Of a stretch of 64,000 nucleotides of DNA, positions 37,686-50,944 are shown piece after piece (within the stretch, counting starts at the first letter, position 1; each line of letters starts with the position of its first letter). A program made the translations under genes and the position numbers. The DNA comes from Rhina ancylostomus (Eukaryota). The notes below the pieces were generated by a model, which did no database searches, had not been told where the DNA came from, and worked only from the letters and a program-made list of their open reading frames with translations. Where the stretch lies: contig JARFYF010000056.1 in NCBI GenBank assembly GCA_030265395.1, positions 21,758,441 through 21,822,440 on the forward strand. Reading direction: 5' to 3'.

Positions 37686-39410
37686 TNNNNNNNNNNTGAA
37701 GAGGTCCTGTCTCTTTCATTCCAACACAGCTCTACAGTTGCAAAGTGTCAACTTCATGCAATATCCCAGCATTACATTGTGACACCTGCCAGTTCAGGCC
37801 CAGCACAGGTTCCACAATGCCCCTCATTGTAATGGAGGAGCGTCTGTAAAGGAGAGAGGTAAGTGACAGGCAATCTACATTGTTTATAATTAATTCAATT
37901 AACTTAATTGAACTGCTTTAAGTATTTTCTAGATTCCAAANNNNNNNNNNNNNNNNNNNNNNNNNNNNNNNNNNNNNNNNNNNNNNNTTTAAAATCAATA
38001 TTTGATATTTTCAAATCTTTTTTTAATGTCAGGCATGTTCACAAACATTCAAACTTGTTGACAGATGGTCCAGCCTGCGGTGTGGCTGTCAGAGCATTTC
38101 TGTGGAGAAGGCACAGGTTGGAATACCCTGTGCTCTGCAAGGTCTTGCCTGACAGCTCAGAGCCAGCTTTGCAAACTAAGTTGCATATTGAAGATCTGCT
38201 CTTGGTAAATGCGAGCAACAACAGTTTCCCTTAGAAAAGCAGAAATACACTCAAGAAATGTGTGAAATATTGAGTACTAATTTTCAAAGCCTTTCAATCA
38301 AAAGGCAGCTATGTGTTGGAACAGTTTCAAATTTTATCCTGTGATCTATAATTTGTATCTTTTAAACACTGCAGGAATAAATAAAACATTTCAGATAAAC
38401 GTCCTCCGATGTACATCTTGAAACTACTACTTTATTTATGGCAATAAATTATCATCATGTTTGATAAAATATATTTGTGGTAATTTCAATTATTAAGTAA
38501 GATGCTTCAGTATAAGGACACACTGCCAGTTGCTAGGAAGCAAAATTAATTGGGTAAACATTGCATATCCATGCTGAGCTTTGGCTATGCACTGGGAACA
38601 GTAGGTTCAGCTGGAAACTAAGTCACAGTTACTGTGCATTTTCAAAATTATTTTTACAAAGCAAAGAACAAACTTTTTCTTCTGTGTAAAATATGGTTCA
38701 TTTCCTCACAGTGAAAGTAAATCTGTGCCAGATCTCCTCACATTGAACCCATTCAACACATCCATTAATTCAAGTGAAAGTCAAGTGTGTTCCTAGCTCA
38801 TTAAGGGTAACTTTCACAACTAATAGAGTTACACTGCTTGTAGTGATGCTGGAGGATGCAGTTTGAAACTGGACATAATTCAATCCCTGCCTACCGTGAT
38901 AAATCAGCCTAGTTGTACATTCAGAATCAGTGCAGCCTCACCTCAGGGGTCTGTCATGTTGGTACCGATGCCAGCTCTGATGCTAGTAAATTGGCAGCAA
39001 ACTAGTATNNNNNNNNNNNNNNNNNNNNNNNNNNNNNNNNNNNNNNNNNNNNNNNNNNNNNNNNNNNNNNNNNNNNNNNNNNNNNNNNNNNNNNNNNNNN
39101 NNNNNNNNNNNNNNNNNNNNNNNNNNNNNNNNNNNNNNNNNNNNNNNNNNNNNNNNNNNNNNNNNNNNNNNNNNNNNNNNNNNNNNNNNNNNNNNNNNNN
39201 NNNNNNNNNNNNNNNNNNNNNNNNNNNNNNNNNNNNNNNNNNNNNNNNNNNNNNNNNNNNNNNNNNNNNNNNNNNNNNNNNNNNNNNNNNNNNNNNNNNN
39301 NNNNNNNNNNNNNNNNNNNNNNNNNNNNNNNNNNNNNNNNNNNNNNNNNNNNNNNNNNNNNNNNNNNNNNNNNNNNNNNNNNNNNNNNNNNNNNNNNNNN
39401 NNNNNNNNNN

Positions 39411-39895
39411 CATCTTCACCCCTCTCCCCATCCTGGTTCCATTCCTGCTACACACAAGTTCACCCCCAGACTTCCCTCCATTCCCCCCCTTCCCCCTCTG
39501 TGGTTCTGGTTCCACCTGCCATTCACCTCTCCCCTAATGGTTCCCATCGTCACCTTCTTTCCTTATCAGATTCCAGCAGCGATAAACTCTTTGTGTGTTC
39601 CTGCTCATCTTCCTCCAGCAGCTATCTCCACCTCCACCCTTCCTTCCCTCTTTGCCTGCATCCATCCACTTGCCATCATCTTGTAACTCCAGCCCCTCTC
39701 CTCTCCCCAACCTGGCGCAATCTGCCCATCATCTTTCACCCCTCCTCAGTCCACCAATCACAGCAACTCCTGTCTTACCACCTCCCCCTCCTCGTTATGC
39801 AGGCCATCTCTCCTCTCCACTCGCAGAACTGATGCAGGGCTTTGACGTAAAATGTTGACAATTCCTTCCCCACCACAGATGCTGCTTGACGTTTA
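39411..39895 (+). mobile_element. Penelope-like 3' region (C/T-rich UTR plus hammerhead-like motif)
   Basis: Pyrimidine-rich stretch, then CTGATGCAGGGCTTTGACGTAAAATGTTGAC...CACAGATGCTGCTTGAC. Confidence 0.65.
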
Positions 39896-40177
39896 CCTCT
39901 CTCATTTGATGCAATAGCTTTTGTTATAATTGGTGATATTTTTTGACATGGTTATAACGTTGAATTGCTCAGGCAAGTTTTCATTCCAGGACTCTCCCTC
40001 TGTCTTTCTCCTCCAATCTTGCCTGAGATAAGCTTTTCTCCTCGTTTGACTTCTGTTTAAAGANNNNNNNNNNTCATGGCCACAGTAGCCAATGCTTTTC
40101 TTCGCCAATGTAAGTTCCAAAATAGGTGGTCTCAATTATTCTTGAAGTTCAGAATTCCTGAACCAGGTTGAAATATA

Positions 40178-40510
40178 GAATCAAAGTCAAATTGCATGGA
40201 AACAGGCATTTGGCCTCAGTGAATCAGTGTTGACCACCAAGAATTCATTTACATAATTCCCATTTTATTCTCCCTGTGTTCCCATCAATTCCTTCTACCG
40301 GTCACTCACATACTAATGGTAATTTACTGTGGCCATTTAACCCTTCAACCCACATATTCTTGGGATGTGGAAGGCAATCTGAACACCCAGGGAGAACCCA
40401 CGTGGTCAAGAAGAAAATGCAAACTCCACAGTTTCGGAGATCAGGATCAAGCACAGTCAATGGAGTAGAGAGGTAGCTGCTCCACTCGCTGTGGCAATCT
40501 GCCACCCAAA
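40178..40510 (-). mobile_element. V-SINE, near full length, CR1-type tail
   Basis: GCATGGAAACAGGCATTTGGCC tail; GGGATGTGGAAGGCAATCTGAACACCCAGGGAGAACCCACG V domain; degenerate tRNA head. Confidence 0.75.
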
Positions 40511-40599
40511 TAAACCTGAGCTTTCTTTATAAAGTCCACATTCAGGCACACTTTTCTAATCCTTGAAAAAAAATCAGAATTATATTTCATCTTATTTTC

Positions 40600-40930
40600 T
40601 TGCACAAGAATTTAAGAAACAGGATGAGGAGTAAATTATTCAATCCTTTGTTTGTTTTGCCATTCAGCAATATCATGATCGATCTACTACTTCAGCACCA
40701 CTTCCCACTGTTATTTCAACCTCCCTTGATTTCCTTAATATCTAGAAATTTACCAATTTTGACTTTGTATCAATGCATTTACTAAGCCTCCATGGTCCTT
40801 TGGGGAAGAGATTTCCAACTTCACCACCTTTTCAGTATGGATATTTTTCTTCATCTCAGTCCAATTTTCCTGCCCTTTTTCCAAAACTGTGCCCACTCAT
40901 CCTTCTTCATCTAATCTGTCAAGCACTGTG
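40600..40930 (-). mobile_element. CR1 LINE 3' end, degenerate
   Basis: CACAAGAATTTAAGAAACAGGATGAGG...GCCATTCAGCAATATCATGATCGATC. Confidence 0.65.
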
Positions 40931-41504
40931 ATTTTTTAAAAAATTCCCTAATCCCTTCTCTCCTGGAGACAATATCTCCGCCTTGTAACCTGAACCTCCG
41001 ACTGTACGAGCCTGTCAATTCTTTCTGAACACACCTGGAAAGAGTGACCAGGGCTTTAATGGCAGCAGCATAAACTGATCACACTCCCAACATGCACTTT
41101 TCATTAGAATCAATGGTCGGAATTGGGAATCACAGCAACCTTCAGTGCACTTAGAACAGGTTGATTCAGCAACACGAAGCAACTAGTAACATCCCGGATG
41201 GTGTGGCTCACAGCAATTGCCCATTGAAGCATCATCACTTTGAACAGATACCTTTCCATGAGCAGTTCCATGAGCAGGTGACAGCTGAGAGACTGAACAC
41301 GTCTACAAGTAAAACTGTCAATAGTGAAGCTGCAGGAGAAATCGAAATCAGCCCTCTCCACACTGCGCAAGTTAATGAAAGTCTGTACGAGTGAGAATGC
41401 AGACCAAGATGGGTGTACGGCTTTTATGGAAACAATTAGAACTGCCTATTTGGTCATCATTTCCATCTTCTTTTGTCTCCTGACTTTCCTCTTCTAAACC
41501 AGAA

Positions 41505-41900
41505 CTTATATTGTGCTTTTGAAGGACTTGTGTCCCATTATGAAACATCATTAAATAAAAGAACTGATACCAATTTGCAGGAAATGACTTTAGGCCAGAT
41601 GATTAAAAGGTGGGTCGAAGAGCTAAGTTTAAGCAGTTTATTAGGGGAGGGAAAGAAGCAAGAGGTGGGGAAGGTTGGGAAGGGAATTGTGAGGATAAGG
41701 ATGGAGAAACTATTGAGGGCTTTGTTGACTCAAGGCACGGCCACCAGGAGTAGAAAGATTACATTCAGGAGTATATTAGAAGCCACGTCATTGGGGAGTG
41801 ATGTCGGACTGGAGGAGATAAGCGTGATTGGAAGGGGCTAGACATTGAAGGAACCTGAGAGGTGGAGCTTAATTAGGAGCCAATACTGGTGAGCAAGCAG
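41505..41900 (-). mobile_element. L2-type LINE 3' fragment
   Basis: CAGATGATTAAAAGGTGGGTCGAAGAGCTAAGTTTAAGCAGTTTATTAGGGGAGG resembles the reverse complement of the L2 3' end. Confidence 0.5.
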
Positions 41901-41924
41901 AGAAATGACCGTGTGGATAAAAGA

Positions 41925-42370
41925 AAAAAATGCATTTATACAGCACCATTCACATCTCTTTCAGGGTATGCCAAAGTTCTTTGAAACTGATAATATTCTT
42001 TTGAACTATAATCATTGTTGCAGTTTAGGTAAAACAGCAGTCAATTCATGTTCGGAAAGTTTCCACAATCTGCAAAGTATAATGGTCTAATAATCACCTA
42101 GTCATTGTCAATTTGATTGAGGAATATGCATTGCCAACATCCCAGGAATAACCAGCCTCTGGAATCTTTCACGCTCCTTTCCCTTCTACTTGAAGGGCAA
42201 GCACCCTTGGTTTAATGGTTCTTCCAAAAGATAGCACCTTGGACAATACTGCACACCCTCAGCATTATGTCGAGTTGCCAGCCAAGATTCATGAACTCCA
42301 GTTCCCATTGTGGGATGTGAACATTATAAGTTCGCACTCAGGAGAAAGAGTAAAATCAACTGGGCCACGA
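41925..42370 (-). mobile_element. Deu-domain SINE (SacSINE-like), near full length
   Basis: Tail TGCATTTATACAGCACC; TTGGTTTAATGGTTCTTCCAAAAGATAGCACCTTGGACAATACTGCACACCCTCAGCATT; tRNA-like head ending AACTGGGCCA. Confidence 0.7.
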
Positions 42371-42409
42371 CTGAGGCAGACCACCTCCCTCCTGAATGAC
42401 TGACCACGT

Positions 42410-43000
42410 ATTTTGCACTGTGACACTCTGATTGCGTACCAGAGAGGGAAGACATTATCCCAACACCTACCCTGTCAATTCCTGAAAAAATTTTGTTTCA
42501 ATGAAATCACCTCTCATTCTTCTCAACTCCAAAGTCTTGTCTGCTTAAACTCTTTTCATAGAACAATCCCCTCACCTGCATCCCATGAGCATTCGTTATA
42601 CTTCCCCTACCAGAAGTAACATTGTTCCAGAGATAAGGAAACCAGACATATACACAATATTCCAAGTGTGACCTCAGCAAGGGGCTCTATTACAGCGAGG
42701 CACCTCTACCCTTCTACCCAAATAGTCCCCCAATAAAGACCAAAGGTGTTTGTCTTCTGAATTGACTCCAGCAATTTGTATACATTGAAACACAGATCCC
42801 AATGAATACCAACACCATTCAATCCCTCGCTATTAAAAAAATCTTTCTATTTTTGGACCTGAGTGGATGATCTCATATTTTTCCACATAATACTGCATCT
42901 GCCACTTCCTCATCCATGTGCTTCCAATATCCTCCGAAGTCCCTCTAGATTCCTGCTCGCAACTCACACTGCCAATTTATGATCAGCAAACTTCATTTTA
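42410..43000 (-). mobile_element. CR1 LINE fragment
   Basis: TTTCAATGAAATCACCTCTCATTCTTCT...CAATATTCCAAGTGTGACCTCAGC...AGTGGATGATCTCATATTTTTCCACAT. Confidence 0.75.
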
Positions 43001-43644
43001 TTACATTAAGTTCAAATGGTCCACCTTTAAATGCACATTCATCCGGTGGTGCACAGGGTCAGGGGCTGCCTCTGATATGAGCCCAAACCCCCAGCAGCAA
43101 CATTCCATTATGCGAGTGGCCTCAGGTGTCGTGGGTGATATAACAGGCCTCACACACGCCAATGTGATCAAAAAAATCTTCTTGCCAACAGGGAGTGATT
43201 GGAGATAAACAGGAGGTTCCTGGATCGTTGGTTGGGATGTAATTGTGAGAGGCTCAGTTTGTAAGCAGAGAAGATGTGACATCGAGGGCAAGTCCAGAAG
43301 ACAACATAATTCATCATATTATCATAAGATGTTGATCAATATTATTTGAAGAACAATATTATTATGGTAAGCTGTTGAGTTGGGTTGGGGGCAATGCAGG
43401 TATATCTCCATCAATGGATAATAACATCATGGGGAAGGAGTCAAGAGTTCAAGGGTCTGGCTGAGACATTGAGGAACAGGGATGCAATTGGATAGGGTGG
43501 AGAAGTGATAGTGTGGAGACCAGGTTGTTGGAGAAGCAATTGAGCAGATCTGGTTCAGTGTACGAGGTGAGGTAGAGGTGAGGGAGAAGTGATGGTGGAT
43601 GGGGCTGAAGTTATATCAACACCAAGAGGTGGTGCTGAGAAGAG

Positions 43645-43890
43645 CATCCCAGATATGATCTATCTGGAATTTCAGAAGATCTTGGAAAATACACCACACA
43701 AGGGGTGTGGTTTATTCAAATAAAATTGAAGCACAAGGGATTGGGGATTATACACTGGTGTGAATAAAGGATTGGGTGATGGACAGAAATCAGAGTAGCA
43801 ACACATGGGTCACTTTCAGATTGAGAGGCAATGATTAGATGGGTGGTGGAGGGGCTCCAAGTGTTCACAAACTATATCAAGGATATCTCG
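43645..43890 (+). mobile_element. CR1 RT fragment, degenerate
   Basis: DMIYLEFQK...KIEAQGIG...IKDWVMDRNQ. Confidence 0.65.
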
Positions 43891-44889
43891 TGACCTATTA
43901 AGGCCATAACATATTAAAGTTNNNNNNNNNATATTGACATTGTTTGGATTTCTCAAAAATATGTTCCCACGATTTGTTTTCACAGGCCCAAAATACCACG
44001 GCTGTCGACCTTTGCGAGCACTGCATGCAATTTCTACCAGCATCTCCCTGCAGTCATCTCCTGTCACAGTCACTTGCTATCAAGAACAGATCTTATTCTT
44101 TGACCTTGGGCTGTCAAAGACTCCTGACAATGCTAGCTGTTTGCATGTCACAGGTCAAGCCATTAGTTGCTGATTTGCATTCTAGGAACCCTTCCACCGT
44201 GAATAATGACTGTTTCACTGTCCAAGCACATGCCAAGATGGATATGACCACTAGCTTCTCTGTCTCAGGTTTCTCAAGTGAGGATTCTTCCTGCTGCTAA
44301 TAACCACATTAAATCTGAAACTACAGGTTAGGTACAAGCTTTTAGCTTGTACAAGTCAGGCTCTTCCACTGACGAAATCTATACCATGTCAATCTTACTT
44401 GCCCAATGTCTGATACTTAACCCCGAGGGCAAGTGAAGAAGCTGCTGCTTCTTTAACTGATTCTGCGATAGAACAACTAATCTCCCTCATCACAGGAGAA
44501 TTCACTGATCAAATTGAGCAAAACCGCTCTGATCACTTCGTTCCCTGTTGAAAGATTTTGGAAAATGTCCGAGGAAGGGAAGGATAACCACCGGACAGCT
44601 GCACCTCTCTTCAGCAGTCCAAGGTCACTGCTGGTTGGATAGATATACCCACTAATAACAGAAGCCAACAATTCAATGATGTAATCAAGTGGTTCAGTTC
44701 GCATGATAAATAGTGAGCATTGCCAAGTGAAGTCAAATTCATCCTGTAACTTGACCTGCATTTGAAATGACTTGAGGTCCCTGTCTTTGATCAGCATGAG
44801 AAAGCAGGAATCAGCTTCAGGGGAAATGCTGATATTAGGTGACACTTGCCTGTGGAAACTGAAAGTGAGGTCACTTCTCACTGACGAAT

Positions 44890-45110
44890 TTATGACGACA
44901 CAGAAGGAAACCATTTGGCCCATCAGGTTCATGCCAGCTCCAGCTCAGCAATCCCAACTGTCCCATTCCCCCTCACCTGAGTTCCCCGTACTCCTGTAAT
45001 GTATGCACATCCATCAATTCCCCTTTGATTCTTTTGCCACTTACCCTTACTAAGGGATTATTTAGAGCAGCAGCCAAGTAACCAACTGGCACATCTTAGA
45101 GATATTGAAA
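44890..45110 (-). mobile_element. V-SINE 3' part (CR1-type tail)
   Basis: ACACAGAAGGAAACCATTTGGCCCATCAGGTTCATGCCAGCTC. Confidence 0.6.
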
Positions 45111-46329
45111 TATCACTCATATCTTTGCTTTCAGACTCCCTCTTAAAACCAGCCATTTCCACATGCACATCATCCAAAATTAATATTGCATTTGAGTAAA
45201 TATTAATGCATGCAGTCTATTTAAAAATAAAGCATTCCCACTGCGTGCAGTCATGTGCGGCTGAACTAAATTATGCTACCGAAATACATCGGTTTTGGAA
45301 TGAGTGATCACAAGGTCAAAAGATAAGCCAGGGGATGATAAAGATCTTCCGGCCAATTTGATTTAATGCAGAACACCAGCTCTGCTGTTTTCCAATTAAA
45401 ACATACAGCTGCTTCTCAATATGCAACACCTTGTTCATAATGAACTACATTGTGCATTTAGCTTCATGACAAATCCTTCTTAAGCTTTCTCTCATGTAAT
45501 GTGTTGGCTCTGTCTGCTGCGTCCATCATTCTCCCCTTGGTTGCATAGTTAGTTCAAGTGAGTTGGTCGTGCGAACCCCAATCACTGGTGCACATTAAAG
45601 TTGGATCATGAAGTATTCCGACATGGATCGTGAACTGAAGACCACTTCAGCCTCAAACCATTCGTCAACCACATTCCTTGAGTAAGTTCCAGTTTACGAG
45701 TTGGGGTCGAAGCAGGCTTTGGGAAAGTATTTGGCATTGTGACTCCTGTGATCCACTCCAACTTGACAACTTTTTTTTACTTAATGTTTTTCAAAGTTTA
45801 CTTTGTGTTCATAGCTACCTGAGATCACTGAAGATTGTTGAACAGGAAAGCTTTTAAAAGGAGTTTACCATAAGGTGTAATGCCCATCATATTTACAGTA
45901 TAGATGCTAAAGCCTGCATTGGGACTAACCCCTAAATAGATCTATGACAACTTTCCCCACTGCTAAATTGGTATTGCTGGTCTCCCTCATGTTCAACAAT
46001 TAAGAAAAATGTAGAGCAGTATCCTCTTTGCAGGAGAAGGTCTCCACTAGCTTTTAATATGTTAGCAAATATTCAGCAACATGCTCAGGACAACAGGGAA
46101 TAGCTTCATTATTTTGATTCTGCTGTTAGTATTCCTATTTTCTACAAGAACTCTTCCATGTTATGAAGCCAATAGAGCATCACATTCAATCTTATCCTTG
46201 GCTTAAACTATGAAATGAACAAATGATGGACTGTTACCTTTACCATGATATTTGTAGAAGAAATTCGATTATCTCCTTCTCAGAATGAAAACAAGAGAAA
46301 GGTCACAATATACACTTCCAATTTATAAA

Positions 46330-46515
46330 TTAAAAAGCAAAATGCTGCTGATGCTGGAAACCTGAAATAAAACTGGAAAATGTTGGAGTCACTCAGCACC
46401 TGTGGAGAGAGAAGCAAAGTTAATGCTTCTGGTCAATGATCGTCCATCATTTCTGTTCCTCTTTCCACAGATGCTGCCTGACCCACTAACTATTTCTAGC
46501 ATTTTTTGTTTTCAC
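46330..46515. mobile_element. Penelope-like foldback element
   Basis: TGAAATAAAACTGGAAAATGTTGGAG...CTGTGGAGAGAGAAGCAAAG versus TTCTGTTCCTCTTTCCACAG...TCTAGCATTTTTTGTTTTCA. Confidence 0.75.
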
Positions 46516-46719
46516 TTTTAATTAGTTTGATGGATTGAGTTGCTCATAACAGTGAGAACAAAAGACTTGCTGTGTCTCTCCATGAAGATATGAAAGGGTT
46601 AACCTCTTGATTAAGCCCAAAGAACTCTCCTTTTCCTCTTATATGTCCAGGTGAGATATCAAATCTCATTGGCATTTTACAGCTGGCAGACTCAGTCAAA
46701 AATGAATGTGTATTGATAA

Positions 46720-47808
46720 TTAAATTAGGGGAAATCAAGGAAACAAAACAAACCAAACATAATGATTTTAAAGGATTATAGGGATTGAGTGGGAAAATTG
46801 AGTTGAAGCTAAATTTCAATCAACCATGATTTTATTCAAAGGTGAGCCTGGCCTGGGACCTGGTAAATTCCTGCCCTTATTTTGTTTTTATACAAATTGC
46901 ACAGAACAATCCATCTGGCCCAAGTCTGTGTCAGATTTTATTCGCCATATCCGCCTCCTACCACCCTCCCTCATCAAGATTCATGTTCATCCTTCACAGC
47001 TCCTTTCTCCCTTATGTTCAACTCCACATTCCTGCCTGATTCTGACAGCCCTCGACTTCCCCGGAGCCTGAAAATCTGTCTATTCTCAGTATTAAGTATC
47101 CTGTACGGGTCAATTATCCACAGCTTTCTGGAGCAGGGAACTTTCCATGTTCACAACCCTCAGAGTTCTTTTCAAATGGTCGTCCACATGCCTTCAATTG
47201 CAGACATCTGCAACAGGGGAAACGTCCTCACAATTTCATCAATGTCAAGCTCCTCAGGATCTTTTTGTTTTTACTGAGATTTCCTTTCAATCTTTTGAAC
47301 TCCAGAGGGAATAAGCCAATGTGCTCAATTTTTCCTCACAGCCATCTCATTCCTGGAATCAACCTCCAAGGCAAAGTACATCTTAAACAGAGAGACCAAA
47401 ATTGTACTCCATGTGCAATGCCACCAATAACCTGTATATTTGTGGCACGACTTCCCCACTCTTGTGGCTCCGTACCCTTGCCATAAAGGCCACCATTCCA
47501 TTTAGTTTTCCAATTACTTATTGATTCTGCACACTGCTTTTTTGCCTTTCTTGTGCAAGGATAGTTGGATCTGTCTAAACACCGACACGCAATAGTCCAA
47601 CAGTATTATAATGCCCTCCTTTTCTATCCTTTCTATTAAAATCACTAACCTTGCACTTCCCTGCATTATACGCCTCTTGCTAATTGCTAGCCCACTCACA
47701 CAACAGACGTATAGTCCCCTGCAAATTCTAGGGATCCTCACAGCTTGTCTTTGTATCATCACCACACTTTGATGCAATATACCTGTTCTCTCCAAGTCAC
47801 CAATATAG
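46720..47808. mobile_element. Tail-to-tail CR1 remnants (+ about 46720-46890, - about 46900-47808)
   Basis: + tail ATCAACCATGATTTTATTCAAAGGTGAGCC; - strand collinear with other CR1 3' regions in the window. Confidence 0.6.
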
Positions 47809-47904
47809 NNNNNNNNNNNNNNNNNNNNNNNNNNNNNNNNNNNNNNNNNNNNNNNNNNNNNNNNNNNNNNNNNNNNNNNNNNNNNNNNNNNNNNNNNNNN
47901 NNNN

Positions 47905-48128
47905 AATCTAGGTGGAAAGAGCCTACTCGCATTAGCTCTGTCTATACCCCTCATCATTTTGTAAACCCTTATCAAATCTCCCCTCATTCTTCTGCGCTCC
48001 AAGGAATAAAGCCCCAACCTGTTCAATCTTTCCCTGTAAATCAACTCCTGAAGACCCGGCAACATTGTAGTAAATCTTCTCTGCACTCATTCAATCTTAC
48101 TGATATCCTTTCTGTAGTTAGGCGACCG
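47905..48128 (-). mobile_element. CR1 LINE fragment (young)
   Basis: QRRFTTMLPGLQELIYRERLNRLGLYSLERRRMRGDLIRVYKMMRGIDRANASRLFP. Confidence 0.95.
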
Positions 48129-48129
48129 G

Positions 48130-48540
48130 CAATACACAAGCAGCTTTGTAGCATTCTGGACAACGCAACTTACTTGATTGGATTCAAACCTCCCACTCCC
48201 TCTGTCACTGACACATTAAAGCTGCAGTACATACCACCTACAAAATGCACAGCAGCAACTCACAAAGAGGCCTCTACAACAGCATCTCCCAAACTCCAGT
48301 CTCTGCCACCTAGAAAGACAGGGGCAGGAGACACAAGGAAACACTGACATCTGCCAGTATCCCTCCTGGTCTCACAGCATAACCATGTCTTCTCAGTCAC
48401 ATCCTACCTAATGACACCAGGGCATTACCTTCACCTCAAGGACAGCAGCAGTTTAAGGTAACGGCTCCCTATCACCTTCCGTTGGCAAGTAAATGCCAGA
48501 ATTCCCCTGCCCCTATAAACCACAAATTAATAAAAATAAA
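48130..48540 (+). mobile_element. CR1/L2-group LINE 3' fragment (distinct family)
   Basis: ILDNATYLIG; YKMHSSNS; QHLPNSSLCHLERQGQ-type C-terminus; 3' end GGCAAGTAAATGCCAG...AATAAAAATAAA. Confidence 0.55.
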
Positions 48541-48707
48541 GATAATCATTATATTGTGTAAAATGTGGATTGTCCTTGAAAGAAGCAGGAGTAAACTAAA
48601 AATTGTACAATTGACTCTAATGTAAATATCCTTTAATCATAACAGATTTTCAGCTGCAGAACCTCTGTGAAATGTTAAATTCAAGTCAGTGATTTGTTGA
48701 TGCCTTA

Positions 48708-48860
48708 CACAGAACACAGAACATAGAACACTACAGCACAGTACAAGCCCTTCGGCACACAATGTTGTGCCAACATTTTATCCTACTCTAAGATCTATCT
48801 AACCCTTCCCTCCCACATAGCCCCCTATTTTTCTATCATTCATGTGTCTATCTAAGAGAA
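48708..48860 (-). mobile_element. CR1 3' tail
   Basis: CACAGAACACAGAACATAGAACACTACAGCACAGTACAAGCCCTTCGGC. Confidence 0.8.
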
Positions 48861-49199
48861 CTTAGATCTTGATCTTGCCTGAATTGAGAATTATGCCTTG
48901 GCTTAATGGAGACAATAAAATAGATCAGACCAGTCCTTGATACACAGTATGTGAAGCATCAGATAACCTGTATGGGATGCTACAATAAAACAAGGGAAAT
49001 TATCCCTAGTTTTGAGTCTTGCCAGACACGGGCACCATTTTAACTTGAGGGAAAGATGGAATTAAAGCTTGTATCAGAGGAACACTGGAAAATAAAGTTT
49101 CAGTCCAGAGAAATCCCTGTAATGACAGGAGTTTTCTAACAGCAGAACCAAAATGGAGAAGATACAAGTCATAGAAACTTAAAAGATACAGAATAGGCA

Positions 49200-50460
49200 G
49201 AGAAACACAGAAAAAGCTGACACAGGACAAGGTTTTTTGGCCTATTATGGCAGTTTAAAAAAGCTTTCTAGCCTGCTCCATACTTCCACCATGGGTTTCA
49301 ATGTCCTGCAGGACGTTTCATTTCACCAAATGCAGGACATCTGGTGAAATGTATCACTTCAAATACATCATCCCAACTACTTTTCAGATTGCCAGTCACT
49401 TCTGGCAGTGAGTTCCATGTTCCAACCACACTCTAGATGAAAACATTTCTCTTCATTTCCCAAATAAGTCTTCAATTACTTCAAATCTATGCTCCACAGT
49501 TTTTGACCCTTTACTGAGAGACTTTCTTCTTTACTCTCAAGACCCTTCATTACTTAATAAACTTCAATTAATTTTTCTTTCAGTCTCCTCGGTTCCAAAG
49601 AAAACAATCCCAGTCCATCCAACCTTTCCTTTTATCTACAATTTTTCAGTACCAGCAACCTGAGTCTGTCCTCTGCACCCAGTGGGAGACCATCTTTCCT
49701 GTGAGCTGGTGACCTGAACGATATTGTATACATTTTTAGCATGATCTTCTTGCTCTTGTATTCTCTGCTTCAACTACAACGAAAGTATTCTGAAGGTCTT
49801 TATAATCACTGATTGACTTGTCCAGCTACATTTAAAGATCAATGGATGTCCACTCCAAAATCCCTTTACTCCTTCACATCACTCAATTTCCTCCCATTTA
49901 CAGTATATTCCCTTGTTCTCTCAGTTTTCTGTTACGGAGGTAAATTTCTATCCATGCTGCTACAGCCCTTTTTATTCCATAGTCTTCAGTGCTAATGACA
50001 ACCCTTTCTTGTGGTACTTAATCAAATGCCTTTTTGAAGTCCACATATAATTCATCAACCATATTTCTTTTATTGACCCTCTGTTGCTTCATCAAAAACA
50101 ATTTATCAAATTGATTAGATCTAATTTGTCATTAACAATCTATGATAGCTTTCTCTAATTAATCCTCCATTGTCCAAATGGCTCCAAATTCCATTTGTTT
50201 ATTGTTCCTGGAACATTACTCAATATTAAAGTTAAACTCCTCTTCAGTAACTGAATTTATCCCTGCACCCTTTTATGAACTGTTAAATTTGCAATTTTCC
50301 ACTCCACAAACACTATCCTAGAATTTATGGATGTTTGCAAGGTTATGGCTAAAACCTCTTCAATTTTCTCCCTTATTTAGCAACCAAAGATGCATTCCAT
50401 CTAAACGAGGTGATACATCCAATTTAAGTGCAGCTTGCCTTTCTTAAACGTCCTTAACAA
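49200..50460 (-). mobile_element. CR1 LINE, old and degenerate (RT to 3' end)
   Basis: Minus strand VDELYVDFKKAFD-VPQERV; CR1 C-terminal remnants near 49400-49750. Confidence 0.7.
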
Positions 50461-50474
50461 CCTCAACCTTTTAA

Positions 50475-50640
50475 CCTCTCTGAACAGATGATCCATCCAT
50501 GGTACAAAAGGCCTTGGCTCTTGCTACAACCCCCATGGCAGCACTCTCCCCCGTCGGTATTTAAAACCAAATATCGGTCAGAGAATAAGATGCCCATGGT
50601 TTGATTATTTTCCTTTCTCTCCCCTCGTCTGGTAATTTCA
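50475..50640 (-). mobile_element. Probable CR1 ORF1 fragment
   Basis: MGILFSDRYLVLNTDGGEC resembles the CR1 ORF1 motif IPLSNRYxxLxTVGGD. Confidence 0.5.
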
Positions 50641-50711
50641 TTTGGTGACATGCCTTTCATTATTCACTCAACCGAACTGTCCCTTAAAATCAACAGCACC
50701 ATCATCTGTAT

Positions 50712-50943
50712 TTTTTTAAATTATTATTTTTTTTTAAATTTTTTATTTTACAGCGTGGTAACAGGCCCTTCCAGCCCAACGAGTCCACATCGCCCACTTT
50801 AAACCCCATATTAACCTACCCGTACATCTTTTAGAATGTGGGAGGAAACCAGAGCACCCAGAGGAAACCCACGCAGACACGGGAGAATGTACAGACTCCT
50901 TACAGACAGCAACAGGAATCGAACCCCAATCGCTGGCGCTGTA
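50712..50943 (-). mobile_element. V-SINE (young), CR1-type tail
   Basis: Well-preserved V domain TGTGGGAGGAAACCAGAGCACCCAGAGGAAACCCACGCAGACAC; B-box GGTTCGATTCC on minus; tail ACAGCGTGGTAACAGGCCCTTCCAGCCC. Confidence 0.9.
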
Positions 50944-50944
50944 T

